This document shows positions 29,666 to 39,646 of a stretch of 64,000 nucleotides of DNA, in pieces. The translations under genes and the position numbers were made by a program. Positions within the stretch are counted from its first letter, which is position 1. Every line of letters begins with the position of its first letter. Location: positions 126-64,125 of the forward strand of contig JBKJHN010000128.1 of the NCBI GenBank assembly GCA_046599015.1, written 5' to 3'. The notes under the pieces were generated by a model that made no database searches, had not been told where the DNA came from, and was given only the letters and a program-made list of their open reading frames with translations. Source of the DNA: Ramlibacter sp. Its GTDB lineage: Bacteria > Pseudomonadota > Gammaproteobacteria > Burkholderiales > Burkholderiaceae_C.

Positions 29666-30156
29666 GTCCCCTCCTTGGCCATGTCGAGGCCACGGGCGAC
29701 CGCCACCTTCTCGACGGCATCGACGATGGCTTCGTAGCCGGTGCAGCGGCAGTAGTTGCCGGAGAGGTGTTCCCGAATGGCGGTGCGGCTGCATTCGTTG
29801 GCGTTCTGCAGCCAGTCCTGGCACGTGATCAACATGCCGGCGGTGCAAAATCCGCATTGCGAAGCATTGCGTTCATGGAACGCACGCTGCAAGTCCGCGA
29901 TCTCGCCAGTGGCCGTCAGTCCTTCGACTGTTTCGACAGTGGTGCCGTCCAGCTGCATGCCGAGCATCAGGCAGCCGCGCACCACCTGACCGTTCACGCG
30001 CAAGGTGCAGGCGCCGCACACGCCGTGCTCGCACCCGACGCGCGGGCTCGACAGCTCGAAGGCCTCACGCAGGAAGTCCACCGCATGCAGGCGGGCTTCG
30101 ACCCGGGCTTCCACCTCCCGGCCGTTCAGCCGGAAGCGCACGGTGACCTCGTTCAT
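29662..30156 (-). CDS. (2Fe-2S)-binding small subunit (CoxS-like)
   Basis: GCEHGVCGACT...CL, QCGFCT and GNYCRCTGY cysteine motifs; ATGA overlaps at both ends. Confidence 0.93.
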   Translation of the reverse strand: MNEVTVRFRLNGREVEARVEARLHAVDFLREAFELSSPRVGCEHGVCGACTLRVNGQVVRGCLMLGMQLDGTTVETVEGLTATGEIADLQRAFHERNASQCGFCTAGMLITCQDWLQNANECSRTAIREHLSGNYCRCTGYEAIVDAVEKVAVARGLDMAKEGT

Positions 30157-31031
30157 GATTGAGTCCTTGGTTGGAAACCCATCAGCTCGTTGGCGGCGCG
30201 ACGCGCCAGCACGCCGCACAGGTAACGCTTGGTCGCGGCGGATGTGTACAGATCGCCCCGAATATCGTGGCTTGCCATGAGCTGCGTGACCAGCGGGCCC
30301 AGCTCCTCGATGTCACTGTCTTCAAGCTTGCGTTGAACGGCCTCATTCAGCTTCGCGTCGTGCAGCGCCATGTCCCCAACGCCGAAGAAGACCATTTGCA
30401 GATTGGACGGGCGGCCCGGTTCGCGCGCCCGTGCCATCACGCCCGCGCTGGCAAAGTCGCCCCGCCGGCGCGCGAGTTCGAGCACGCAGCTGGCCTCCCC
30501 GGCCGGCTGGCTCGGGATGCTGACGGATTCGAGCAATTCGTCCTCCGCCAGATCCGTCATGTACATGCCCTTGAAGAACGCGGCGGCCGGCACGTCCCGG
30601 CTGCCGGCAAGGCCCGTCACGCGCATGCTGGCTCCAAGCAGCAGGCAGGCGGCGGGCCACTCTGCCGCGGGATCAGCAAGCGCCACGCTGCCGCCGAACG
30701 TGCCGCGGTTACGGATCGCGACGTGCGCAAGGTAGCGGCCGGCTTGCACCAGCACGGGCGCGGCAGTACGCACCAGCGGCGAACCCACCACCTCGGCATG
30801 ACGGGCCAGCGCGCCAATGACCAGCGTGTCGCCCTCCATGTGAATCCCCCGAAGTGCATCGATTGCGTTGAGGTCGATGAGGCACTCGGAGTTGCTCAGC
30901 CGCATGTTGACGGCCGGCATCAGGCTCTGGCCGCCTGCCAGGAACCGCGCGGCCTCCCCCCATCTGGCTTTGCAGTCCAAAGCCTGCCGGATGCTGTCCG
31001 GACGCTCCAACGTGAACTCGCATGCTTTCAT
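30153..31031 (-). CDS. FAD-binding medium subunit (CoxM-like)
   Basis: LAGGQSLMP, AIRNRGTFGGS...ADPAAE and RRRGDFA motifs. Confidence 0.93.
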   Translation of the reverse strand: MKACEFTLERPDSIRQALDCKARWGEAARFLAGGQSLMPAVNMRLSNSECLIDLNAIDALRGIHMEGDTLVIGALARHAEVVGSPLVRTAAPVLVQAGRYLAHVAIRNRGTFGGSVALADPAAEWPAACLLLGASMRVTGLAGSRDVPAAAFFKGMYMTDLAEDELLESVSIPSQPAGEASCVLELARRRGDFASAGVMARAREPGRPSNLQMVFFGVGDMALHDAKLNEAVQRKLEDSDIEELGPLVTQLMASHDIRGDLYTSAATKRYLCGVLARRAANELMGFQPRTQS

Positions 31032-31242
31032 TGACACCTCGCTGGATTGGGCAAGCGACGCCTAAAAAGTGATCATCCGATCATTTCTGCCGGGCGCGCC
31101 TCCATGAAAACCCGCAGTCCACGCTGCACAATTGCTGCGCTCGACGCTGCTCGTCAGCGTCGCGGTGATTCTCCAACAGGCGTCTCTCTGAATTGACCTG
31201 GCGAGGATGGCAGAGGCGCCACTCCAGGTTCGGCGCGGCTGC

Positions 31243-33162
31243 TTACTGCCCGAGGTCCAGCCCCGACGGCTTGGCAACCTTGATCTGCGCCTTGAAGCGC
31301 TCTTTGAGCAGGCTGTAGTACGCCATGTTCTCCGCGGTGCCCCACCATTGGGCGTACTGCTGGCGTTCCTGGCTGGCCTCGGCCTCGGAAGGCGCTGCGC
31401 GCGGCAGCACCTTGTTGATCTTGACCACGGCATAGCCCTGTTCGCCAAGGTCGACGCCGGCCAATGCCGGGAGGGCGGCGGGGTCTGCCCGCAACGCGGC
31501 CTCCACCACGGCCTGCGGCAGGTTCTGCGTCTCCTGCCGCGAAACAGGTGTTGCCGCAGATAGGTTGGCGCTGGCGGGACTGGCCTTCCATGCGGCCAGC
31601 TTCTCCATGCCCTCTTTCCTGGCGAGTTCAGCGGCCCGCACGCCGACCACGCGCTGGCGCACCTGGTCCTTCACTTCGGTAAACGGCAGCGTGCGAGCTG
31701 GCGTGTACTGCACCACACGTCCGGCGGCAAGTGAATTGGGCGCGATCTCCACGGCTTCGGTGTTGCGCTTTTTCTCGATGCTGTCCGGCGAGAACAAGGC
31801 CGCGAGAAACTTGGCATTGGCCAGCGGGCCAGTCGCGCCGGGAGCGGGGGTGCGCCGGACGTTGGCGGCGGACCTGATTTCCAGCTTTAACCGATCGGCC
31901 GCGGGCTTCAGGCTGTCGGCCTGCTCATAGACGCTGTTGCTGAACGCGTCCGCGCTCTCGGCGAATTTGCGCTGGGCCAGCTGTTTCTTGATTTCGGCTT
32001 CCAGCTCAGGCTTCAATTCCTCGAAGCTGCGCTGCTTGGGCGCCTTGATGTCGGTCACCCGGATGATGTGGTAGCCGAACTCGGTCTCCACGACACTACT
32101 GGTCTCGCCTTTTTTGAGGGCGAACGCGGCATCTTCAAAAGCCTTGGCCATTGCCCCACGCGCAAAAAAGTCGAGGTCACCGCCATTCGCCGCGGAACCT
32201 GGGTCCTGGGAGTTCTTTTTCGCGATCTCCGCAAAACTGTCGGGAGATTTCTTCACAGCGTCCAGCAGCTCCTGCGCCCTGGCCTTTGCCTTCTCCCGTT
32301 CGGCCGCAGGCGTCCCCTTGGACACGGCGATCAGGATGTGGCTGGCTCGGCGCTCTTCTTGCCCTCCGACGCGGCCTGCATTCTGCTCGTAGTAAGTCTT
32401 CAGGTCCTGCTCGTTCACCGTCAGACCTTTCTTCATCGTCTCCAGGTCCAGCACCAGGTACTCGATGCCAGCCTGCTCGGGAGCCTGGAACATTGTCCCA
32501 TTGGCCTTGTAGAACGCCTCGAGCTCGGCATCGGTCGGGTTCACCCGGGCCGCATAGTCGGCTGCCGGGAAGCGGGCCACTTGCACCTCACGCCTTTCAA
32601 AAAAGGCGTTGAGCGCGGCCGAGGCGAGCGCGGGGGTCGCAAAGCTGGTGCCGCCGACGCCGGCCAGGACCTGGCCCGCCGAGAGGTCGGCCCGAACTCT
32701 TGCCTCGAAGGACTCGGGGGTCATTCCCTGTGCGCCCACGAGCTGGCGGTATCTCGCCATGTCCAGCTTGCCGTCGGGCCCCCGCAAGGCGCTGATCATT
32801 TCATTTTGCTGCAACTCGCGCGCGAGGCGCAGATCGCTGGTGCCCAGTTTGGAGTTTGCCGCCGCTGCTGCCAGCACCCGGTCACGCACGATGCGCTCGA
32901 GCGTCGCATAGCGGCCCGCGGGCGAATCCAGCAGCTTCGCGTCGATGGTGGGCATTTGCTGACGAATCCGCTCCACTTCCTGCTTGTGCGCCGCGTCCCA
33001 TTCGCCTTGCGTGATGTCCTGGCCATCGACTTTCGCCACGGTTTCGCCTTTTTCGTTGAAGCGGTTGTAGCCCTCCAGCCCGAACAGCACGAACGACGGA
33101 AAGATCAGCAGAACCAGGATCCCCTGCATGATCCGGGTGTGCTTGCGTACTAGGTCGAACAT
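31243..33162 (-). CDS. ppiD: Peptidyl-prolyl isomerase / periplasmic chaperone PpiD (SurA N-terminal domain)
   Basis: N-terminal TM, SurA_N domain, parvulin RRASHILI...SQDPGSA..GGDL.FF...GYHII; next to tRNA-Val and hupB. Confidence 0.92.
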   Translation of the reverse strand: MFDLVRKHTRIMQGILVLLIFPSFVLFGLEGYNRFNEKGETVAKVDGQDITQGEWDAAHKQEVERIRQQMPTIDAKLLDSPAGRYATLERIVRDRVLAAAAANSKLGTSDLRLARELQQNEMISALRGPDGKLDMARYRQLVGAQGMTPESFEARVRADLSAGQVLAGVGGTSFATPALASAALNAFFERREVQVARFPAADYAARVNPTDAELEAFYKANGTMFQAPEQAGIEYLVLDLETMKKGLTVNEQDLKTYYEQNAGRVGGQEERRASHILIAVSKGTPAAEREKAKARAQELLDAVKKSPDSFAEIAKKNSQDPGSAANGGDLDFFARGAMAKAFEDAAFALKKGETSSVVETEFGYHIIRVTDIKAPKQRSFEELKPELEAEIKKQLAQRKFAESADAFSNSVYEQADSLKPAADRLKLEIRSAANVRRTPAPGATGPLANAKFLAALFSPDSIEKKRNTEAVEIAPNSLAAGRVVQYTPARTLPFTEVKDQVRQRVVGVRAAELARKEGMEKLAAWKASPASANLSAATPVSRQETQNLPQAVVEAALRADPAALPALAGVDLGEQGYAVVKINKVLPRAAPSEAEASQERQQYAQWWGTAENMAYYSLLKERFKAQIKVAKPSGLDLGQ

Positions 33163-33179
33163 TGTCAAAACTCGGCAAT

Positions 33180-33214
33180 AAAACAAAGGCGAACATGTTG
33201 TTCGCCTTTGTTTT
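33180..33214 (-). terminator. Rho-independent terminator after tRNA-Val
   Basis: AAAACAAAGGCGAAC-ATGTT-GTTCGCCTTTGTTTT perfect inverted repeat. Confidence 0.8.
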
Positions 33215-33218
33215 GGGT

Positions 33219-33294
33219 TGGTGGGTGCTGACGGGATCGAACCGCCGACCTACGCCTTGTAAGGGCGCCGCTCTACCAGCTGAGCTAAGCACCC
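33219..33294 (-). tRNA. tRNA-Val (TAC)
   Basis: Reverse complement GGGTGCTTAGCTCAGCTGGTAGAGCGGCGCCCTTACAAGGCGTAGGTCGGCGGTTCGATCCCGTCAGCACCCACCA, 76 nt. Confidence 0.97.
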
Positions 33295-33312
33295 CACCGA
33301 AAACTTAGCCGC

Positions 33313-33585
33313 TCAGTTCAGCGCATCCTTGAGCGCCTTGCCGGGACGGAACTTGGGAACCTTGGCTGCCTTGATTTTAATCGCTGCGCCGGTGCGCGGG
33401 TTTCGGCCGCTGCGCGCCGCCCTTTTTCCGACGGCGAAAGTCCCGAACCCGACGAGCGAAACCGAGCCTCCTTTTTTCAAGGTGGTCTTCACGGCGCCGA
33501 TCATCGACTCCAATGCGCGCGTGGCCGCGGCCTTGGAAATGTCGGCATGCTTTGCGATGTGCTCAATCAGTTCGGTCTTGTTCAC
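33313..33585 (-). CDS. hupB: DNA-binding protein HU
   Basis: (V)NKTELIE...VSLVGFGTF...GRNPRTG...[14 protein letters not shown], 90 aa. Confidence 0.95.
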   Translation of the reverse strand: MNKTELIEHIAKHADISKAAATRALESMIGAVKTTLKKGGSVSLVGFGTFAVGKRAARSGRNPRTGAAIKIKAAKVPKFRPGKALKDALN

Positions 33586-33880
33586 AAGGGCCCCTCGTAG
33601 AGAGAAAGAGTTGACAGGAGTGTCTCTTCGAAAAATTCTTGTGTCCCCCGCTCCTGCGAACCACCACACGCGGTGCGCCAGGACGGAAATGCAGGGGACT
33701 TCTACACGGCGTCAAGCCACAACCGATTAAAGCGAGGGACACATACTGTGTCAATACGATAAGCGGCTTTACAACAGCGCGGAGGCGGATTCTAGTTGGG
33801 TTTTGTCCAGACTCCATGCGGGTTGCCATCCAATTTCCATGCCGCACTGCGCAACTGCGGCGCTGAAATTCGCGGTCTCG

Positions 33881-34966
33881 CTAAAGTGCCGATGCAATAG
33901 CGCGACCCACATCCCTGGTATTTGCGCGTCCGCCGATGTCCGGCGTGCGCGGCGCACCGCTTTGCGGATGCAAGACTTTCTCGATTGCGCCAAGCACCGC
34001 GTCATGCGCCTGCCTGTATCCCAGGAACTCCAGCATCATGGCGCCGCACCAGATCTGTCCAATAGGATTGGCCAGGCCGCGTCCCGCGATGTCCGGCGCG
34101 GAGCCGTGAACGGGTTCGAACAGCGAGGGGAACTTGCCATCCGGGTTGAGATTGGCGCTCGGCGCGATGCCGATGGTGCCGGTGCAAGCCGGGCCGAGGT
34201 CGCTGAGGATGTCGCCGAACAAATTGCTGGCGACCACGACATCGAAGAAATCTGGCCGCTGCACGAAATGGGCCGTAAGGATGTCGATATGGAACTTGTC
34301 GATCTTCACGTCCGGATAAGCCTTGGCCATCTCCGCGACGCGCTCGTCCCAGTACGGCATCGTGATGGCGATTCCATTGGACTTCGTCGCCGACGTCAAG
34401 TGCTTTTTGGGCCGGGATTGCGCCAGCTCAAAAGCGAACTTCAAAACGCGGTCCACGCCGATCCGGGACATCACGGTCTCCTGCATGACGATCTCGCGCT
34501 CGGTTCCGGGATACATCCGTCCGCCGATGCTCGAATACTCCCCCTCGGTGTTTTCGCGCACGATGTACATGTCGATCTCACCCGGCTCGCGTGCGCTGCC
34601 GTCGCGGCGCACCACCGGAGCGATGATGCCGGGCATCAGCCGTGCCGGGCGCAGGTTGACGTATTGGTCGAACTCGCGCCGGAACAGCAGCAACGAACCC
34701 CACAACGAGACATGGTCCGGAATCTTCGCGGGCCAGCCTACGGCTCCGAAGTAAATTGCATCATGGCCGCCAATCTGGTCCTTCCAGTCGTCAGGCAGCA
34801 TCTTGCCGTGCTTCTCGCAATAGTCCCAGCTGGAAAAGTCGAAATGGTCGAACGCCAGGTCGATGCCGAACTTGTCGGCTGCAGCCTGCATCACGTGGAC
34901 GCCTTCGGGCATCACTTCCTTGCCGATGCCGTCGCCGGCGATCACCGCGATTCGCTTCTTGCTCAT
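33881..34966 (-). CDS. Tartrate dehydrogenase/decarboxylase (D-malate dehydrogenase family)
   Basis: IAGDGIGKEV, DHVSLWG.L...RREFDQY, RENTEGEYS, TKSNG, NLFGDILSD and FEPVHGSAPDI motifs. Confidence 0.92.
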   Translation of the reverse strand: MSKKRIAVIAGDGIGKEVMPEGVHVMQAAADKFGIDLAFDHFDFSSWDYCEKHGKMLPDDWKDQIGGHDAIYFGAVGWPAKIPDHVSLWGSLLLFRREFDQYVNLRPARLMPGIIAPVVRRDGSAREPGEIDMYIVRENTEGEYSSIGGRMYPGTEREIVMQETVMSRIGVDRVLKFAFELAQSRPKKHLTSATKSNGIAITMPYWDERVAEMAKAYPDVKIDKFHIDILTAHFVQRPDFFDVVVASNLFGDILSDLGPACTGTIGIAPSANLNPDGKFPSLFEPVHGSAPDIAGRGLANPIGQIWCGAMMLEFLGYRQAHDAVLGAIEKVLHPQSGAPRTPDIGGRANTRDVGRAIASAL

Positions 34967-35007
34967 ATTCGGGGCTCTTTTGGAAAATTGAATGCGCGCG
35001 CGCAAGC

Positions 35008-35898
35008 TCAGGGGCCGGAGGCGGGGACAGGCCGCAGCACCAGACTCACCCCCAATGCGGTGATCGCCATGCCCGCGATGGTACCGGCGGTCATGGCCTC
35101 GCCGAACAACAGCCACGCCATGACCGCGGTGCAGGGTGGCACGAGATAGAACAGGCTGGTCACGCTGGTGGCGGCGCCCCGCTGAATCAGCAGGTAGAGC
35201 AGTGAGCTGCCGCCCAGCGTCAGCGCCAGCACCGACCAGGCCATCGCGCCGAACAACTGCGGACTCCAATTCATCTGTTCCCGCTCCAGCAGAGCCAATG
35301 GGAACGTCACCAGCAATGCCGCGAACATCTGCACCGCCCCGGCGACACGGACATCGCATGGCGCTAAAAACCGCTTCTGGTAGAGCGTGCCCGCGGTGAT
35401 GCTGAGCAGCGCGCCCAGCGCGAGCAGAAAATTGACCCGGTTGATCTCTCCGATGCCCAGCTTGTGCCAGACCACGAGCGTCAGTCCGGCAAAGCCCAGG
35501 GCCAGACCTCCCCACTGCCGGGTCGAGACGGCGCCGCCCCTCGAAGAGACCCACATCGCCGTCAGAACCGGCTGCAGTCCGACCAGCAGCGCCGCCAGCC
35601 CGGCGCCCATCCCTAGCTTCACCGCAGCCCAAACGCCGCCGAGATAGCCAGCCTGCACCAGCACACCGGTGACCGCAAGGTGGACGAATTGGATGCGCTG
35701 TCCCGGCAGCGCCGCGCGTGCCGCGAACGCCCACGCGGCAAAGCACGCAAGCGACAGCACATACCGAAGTGCCAGGAATTTCATCGGCGGCGCGTAGGGC
35801 ATGCCGAAGCGCGCGACGATGAAGCCCGTGCTCCAGATGAGCACAAAAACGGCCGGCATGGCCGCGATGAGGCGGTCTTGCCGCGCTGTGCTGGTCAT
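35008..35898 (-). CDS. DMT/EamA family transporter
   Basis: FVLIWSTGFIVA, about ten TM segments, LFYLVPP. Confidence 0.9.
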   Translation of the reverse strand: MTSTARQDRLIAAMPAVFVLIWSTGFIVARFGMPYAPPMKFLALRYVLSLACFAAWAFAARAALPGQRIQFVHLAVTGVLVQAGYLGGVWAAVKLGMGAGLAALLVGLQPVLTAMWVSSRGGAVSTRQWGGLALGFAGLTLVVWHKLGIGEINRVNFLLALGALLSITAGTLYQKRFLAPCDVRVAGAVQMFAALLVTFPLALLEREQMNWSPQLFGAMAWSVLALTLGGSSLLYLLIQRGAATSVTSLFYLVPPCTAVMAWLLFGEAMTAGTIAGMAITALGVSLVLRPVPASGP

Positions 35899-35914
35899 GT
35901 CTGCCGAAAAGTGT

Positions 35915-36481
35915 CTACTTCGCGCGCTGGCGGATCTCGGGCAGCGCCTTCTGCAGGTAGTAAACCATGGACCACACGGTCAGGATAGCGGACAACCAGA
36001 TCAACCAGACACCCCACTCGCCAGTGTCGATCAGGCCGAACAAGCGGCCGTCGAACAGCAGGAAGGGAATCGCGATCATCTGCACCGTCGTCTTGACCTT
36101 GCCGAGCATGTGGACCGCCACGCTCTTGGACGCGCCGATGTGCGCCATCCATTCCCGCAACGCCGAAATCGCGATTTCCCGGCCGATGATGATCAAGGCC
36201 ACGAACACGTCCACCCTTTGCAGGTGCACCAGCACCAGCAGCGAGGCGCAGACCAGGAACTTGTCGGCTACGGGATCGAGGAAGGCGCCGAACGAGGAGA
36301 TTTGATTGAGCCTGCGGGCGAGGTAGCCGTCGAGCCAATCCGTCAGCGCGAACACCACGAACATGGCTGTGGCGATCAGGTTTTGCACGGCGGGCTGCAG
36401 GCCGATGTAGAACACCCCCACGATCAGCGGGATGGCGACGATGCGCGTCCAGGTGAAGATCGTCGGAATCGTCAGGAACAT
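35915..36481 (-). CDS. pgsA: CDP-diacylglycerol--glycerol-3-phosphate 3-phosphatidyltransferase
   Basis: TDWLDGYLARR...FGAFLDPVADK signature; follows uvrC. Confidence 0.96.
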   Translation of the reverse strand: MFLTIPTIFTWTRIVAIPLIVGVFYIGLQPAVQNLIATAMFVVFALTDWLDGYLARRLNQISSFGAFLDPVADKFLVCASLLVLVHLQRVDVFVALIIIGREIAISALREWMAHIGASKSVAVHMLGKVKTTVQMIAIPFLLFDGRLFGLIDTGEWGVWLIWLSAILTVWSMVYYLQKALPEIRQRAK

Positions 36482-36511
36482 TTCCCGATTCTGGCATGGC
36501 CGCCAGCCGCC

Positions 36512-38482
36512 CTAATGGAGCGCCCGATAAATCTGCTCGGCCAGCTCCCTGGAGATGCCGTCAACGCTGGCGATGTCGTCCACGCCGGCGGCCGCAACAC
36601 CCCGCACCCCGCCGAAACGCTGGAGCAGGCGGGCCCGCTTCTTGGCGCCGATTCCGGGTATCTCCTCCAGGCTGCTGCCGCCCACCCGCACCTTGGCCCG
36701 CCGCGCGCGCATCCCGGTGATGGCGAAGCGATGCGCCTCATCCCGGATTTGCGCCACCAGCATGAGCGCGGCCGAATCCTTTCCCAGGTAGACCTTGTCG
36801 CGGCCATCCGCGAACACCAGTTCTTCCAGCCCTACCTTGCGCCCTTCTCCCTTTTCCACGCCCGCGATCACCCCCAGGTCCAGCCCCAGCTCGGCAAATA
36901 CTTCCCGCGCCATGCTGACCTGCCCTTTGCCGCCGTCCACCAGCACCAGGTCGGGCAAGCGAGCTGCGCCGCCGCTGGCGCCCCGGGGCGGCGTCGCCTC
37001 TGGTGGGTCGCGGCCGGCTTCGGCCAGCCTGCTGTAGCGGCGCATCAGCACCTGACGCATGGCCGCGTAGTCGTCGCCCGGCGTGATGCCTTCGATGTTG
37101 TAGCGCCGGTACTCCGAGTTTTGCATCTTGTGGTGATGGAAGACCACGCAGGACGCTTGCGTCGCCTCACCGGCCGTGTGCGAGATGTCGAAGCACTCGA
37201 TGCGGAATGTGTCCAGGTTGTCCGGCGCCAGGTCGAGCGCGTTGACCAGCGAACGGGTGCGCGCCTGCTGCGAGCCTTCTTCGGCGAGCAGCCGTGCCAG
37301 CTGGATGTCGGCGTTCTTTTGAGCCATTTCGAGCCACAGGCGCCGCTGCTCGCGCGGATTGTGGACGGCTGTGGTCTTGACGCCGGTCTGCTCGCAAAGG
37401 GCATCCATCAGCGCCTGACCCACCGGCTCGCTGGTAATCAGCGCCGGCGGAACTGGAACGGCGATGTAGTGCTGGGCGATGAACGCCTCCAGCACGTGCA
37501 CCTCCACCGGCATGGGCGCGGCGGCGACGCCGTCCTCAGCGGCGCTATCGAAGTTCTGCACCGCCGCCGCGTCCTCCACATGGCTGGGAAAGTACGCTCG
37601 ATCGCCCAGGTGCCTGCCGCCACGAACCATCGCGAGGTTGACACAGGCCTTGCCCCCGTGCACCTTCACGGCGAGGATGTCCACGTCCTTGTCGGAGAGG
37701 GTCTCGACCGATTGCTGGTGCAGCACTCTCGACAAAGCGCTCATCTGGTTGCGCAGTTCCGCCGCCTGCTCGAACTCCAGTCGCTGCGCATGCAGCATCA
37801 TGCGCTGCTCCAACTCAGCCAGCACCGCCTGGGTCTCGCCGCGCAGGAACGCCTCGGCGTTATTCACATCCTGCTGGTAGTCCGGCGGTGAGATCAGGTT
37901 GACGCAGGGCCCGGAACAGCGCTTGATCTGGTAGAGCAGGCAGGGCCGGGCCCGATTCGCGAAAACCGTGTCTTCACAGGTGCGCAGCCGGAACACCTTC
38001 TGCAGCAGCTGAATGGATTCCTTCACCGCCCAGGCGCTCGGGTACGGGCCGAAATAGCGGTGCTTGCGATCGACGGCGCCGCGGTAGTAAGCCACACGTG
38101 GAAAGGTGGCTGCCGAATGCGGGGTTTGGCCGAACCCCACCTTTTCCGGACCGAATATCTTCAGGTACGGATAGCTCTTGTCATCGCGAAAAAGAATGTT
38201 GTAGCGCGGGTTGAGATTCTTGATGAGGTTGTTTTCGAGCAGCAGCGCCTCAGCTTCGGAACGCACCACGGTGGTTTCGAGCCGCGCGATCTTGCCGATC
38301 ATGTGGCCGATGCGGGTGCCGCCGTGGTTCTTCTGGAAGTAGCTGGACACCCGCTTTTTCAGATTCCTCGCCTTGCCCACGTACAGCACGCCGCCATCCG
38401 CGTCGAAGTACCGGTACACCCCAGGCAGCGGCGGGAGCCCGGCGACCTGCGCCAGCAATGAATCGGAGTGAACTGCGGACAT
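36512..38482 (-). CDS. uvrC: Excinuclease ABC subunit C
   Basis: GIY-YIG (PGVY...LYVGKA), UVR domain, [22 protein letters not shown]-terminal HhH. Confidence 0.97.
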   Translation of the reverse strand: MSAVHSDSLLAQVAGLPPLPGVYRYFDADGGVLYVGKARNLKKRVSSYFQKNHGGTRIGHMIGKIARLETTVVRSEAEALLLENNLIKNLNPRYNILFRDDKSYPYLKIFGPEKVGFGQTPHSAATFPRVAYYRGAVDRKHRYFGPYPSAWAVKESIQLLQKVFRLRTCEDTVFANRARPCLLYQIKRCSGPCVNLISPPDYQQDVNNAEAFLRGETQAVLAELEQRMMLHAQRLEFEQAAELRNQMSALSRVLHQQSVETLSDKDVDILAVKVHGGKACVNLAMVRGGRHLGDRAYFPSHVEDAAAVQNFDSAAEDGVAAAPMPVEVHVLEAFIAQHYIAVPVPPALITSEPVGQALMDALCEQTGVKTTAVHNPREQRRLWLEMAQKNADIQLARLLAEEGSQQARTRSLVNALDLAPDNLDTFRIECFDISHTAGEATQASCVVFHHHKMQNSEYRRYNIEGITPGDDYAAMRQVLMRRYSRLAEAGRDPPEATPPRGASGGAARLPDLVLVDGGKGQVSMAREVFAELGLDLGVIAGVEKGEGRKVGLEELVFADGRDKVYLGKDSAALMLVAQIRDEAHRFAITGMRARRAKVRVGGSSLEEIPGIGAKKRARLLQRFGGVRGVAAAGVDDIASVDGISRELAEQIYRALH

Positions 38483-38527
38483 TCAGCCGCTATTGTGGAC
38501 AATCCCCGAAAAGCTTTAGTGCGACTC

Positions 38528-39616
38528 ATGCTCTGGGACATCTTCTGCAAGGTCATAGACAACCATGGCGACATCGGCGTGTGCTGGCGCCTATCCGTCC
38601 AACTGGCGGCACGAGGCGAGCAGGTGCGGCTCTGGGCCGACGATCCGTCCGCGCTGACATGGATGGCTCCCGGGGGAAGCCCCGGCGTGCAGGTTCTGTC
38701 GTGGAACGCAGAACCTTCCCCAGTGCCGCCCGGGGATGTCGTGATCGAGGCCTTCGGCTGTGAACTGCCGCACCACTTCCAGGCGGCGATGGCTGCACGG
38801 GCTCGCAACATGGGCCGACAGCCAGCCTGGGTCAACCTCGAATACCTCACGGCCGAGCGGCTCGCCGAGCGCAACCATCGACTGCCGTCCCCGGTGTTGG
38901 CCGGACCCGGCGCGGGTTTGACCAAATACTTCTTCTACCCGGGGTTCACGAAAGGCACTGGGGGATTACTGCGCGAGCACCATCTGATGCAACGTCAAGC
39001 CGAATTCGATGCGGGTCGCTGGTTGCGGCGGTTGGGCATTCCCGCGGACGACGGATCGGCCCGAGTATGCCTCTTCTGCTATGAGCCGGCGCTGCTCACG
39101 CCCTTGTTGGAGCGGTTCGGCACCGGCCCGGGGCGCACCCGCCTGCTGGTGACCGCCGGGCGAGCGGCCGCAGCGGTGCGAGCCGCCGTTGACGCGCTGA
39201 GTGCGAACAAGCGCCTGTGGAACCCGATGGGGCTGCTGTCGATAGACTGGCTGCCATTGCTCTGCCAGCCTGACTTTGACCACTTGTTGTGGGCCTGCGA
39301 TCTGAACTTCGTGCGTGGCGAGGATTCGCTGGTGCGGGCGCTGTGGGCCGGCAAGCCATTCGTCTGGCAGATCTATCCACAGCATGACGCCGCGCATCAC
39401 GCCAAGTTGTCGGCACTGCTCGATTGGCTGCAGGCGCCACCGTCGCTGCGCGGCTTGCATGACGGGTGGAATGGAATGATCGGACAGTTGCCGCTCTTCG
39501 ACCTGAAGGCCTGGTCAGCAGCCGCGGTCGACGGCCGCCGCCGACTGCTGCAGCATGACGATCTCGTCTCGCAACTCGTGGGGTTTACCAGGCGCCTCCT
39601 GGGAGCGCCCACATGA
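38528..39616 (+). CDS. earP: EF-P arginine rhamnosyltransferase EarP
   Basis: WDIFCKVIDNHGDIGVCWRL, IEAFGC, NLEYL, FFYPGF...GGLL, NFVRGEDS and WQIYPQ motifs. Confidence 0.95.
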   Translation: MLWDIFCKVIDNHGDIGVCWRLSVQLAARGEQVRLWADDPSALTWMAPGGSPGVQVLSWNAEPSPVPPGDVVIEAFGCELPHHFQAAMAARARNMGRQPAWVNLEYLTAERLAERNHRLPSPVLAGPGAGLTKYFFYPGFTKGTGGLLREHHLMQRQAEFDAGRWLRRLGIPADDGSARVCLFCYEPALLTPLLERFGTGPGRTRLLVTAGRAAAAVRAAVDALSANKRLWNPMGLLSIDWLPLLCQPDFDHLLWACDLNFVRGEDSLVRALWAGKPFVWQIYPQHDAAHHAKLSALLDWLQAPPSLRGLHDGWNGMIGQLPLFDLKAWSAAAVDGRRRLLQHDDLVSQLVGFTRRLLGAPT

Positions 39617-39646
39617 GATTGCTGCTGGTGCCTCAGCGCAGCTGCA

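Noticed and set aside
17388-31031. Aerobic carbon monoxide dehydrogenase (cox) operon
   Set aside because: Neither large subunit has the VAYRCSFR Cu-binding loop, and coxDEF are absent
33881-35746. 621-aa ORF suggesting a fusion at the N-terminus of tartrate dehydrogenase
   Set aside because: The extension is an alternative frame over the DMT transporter gene; the real start is ATG 34966
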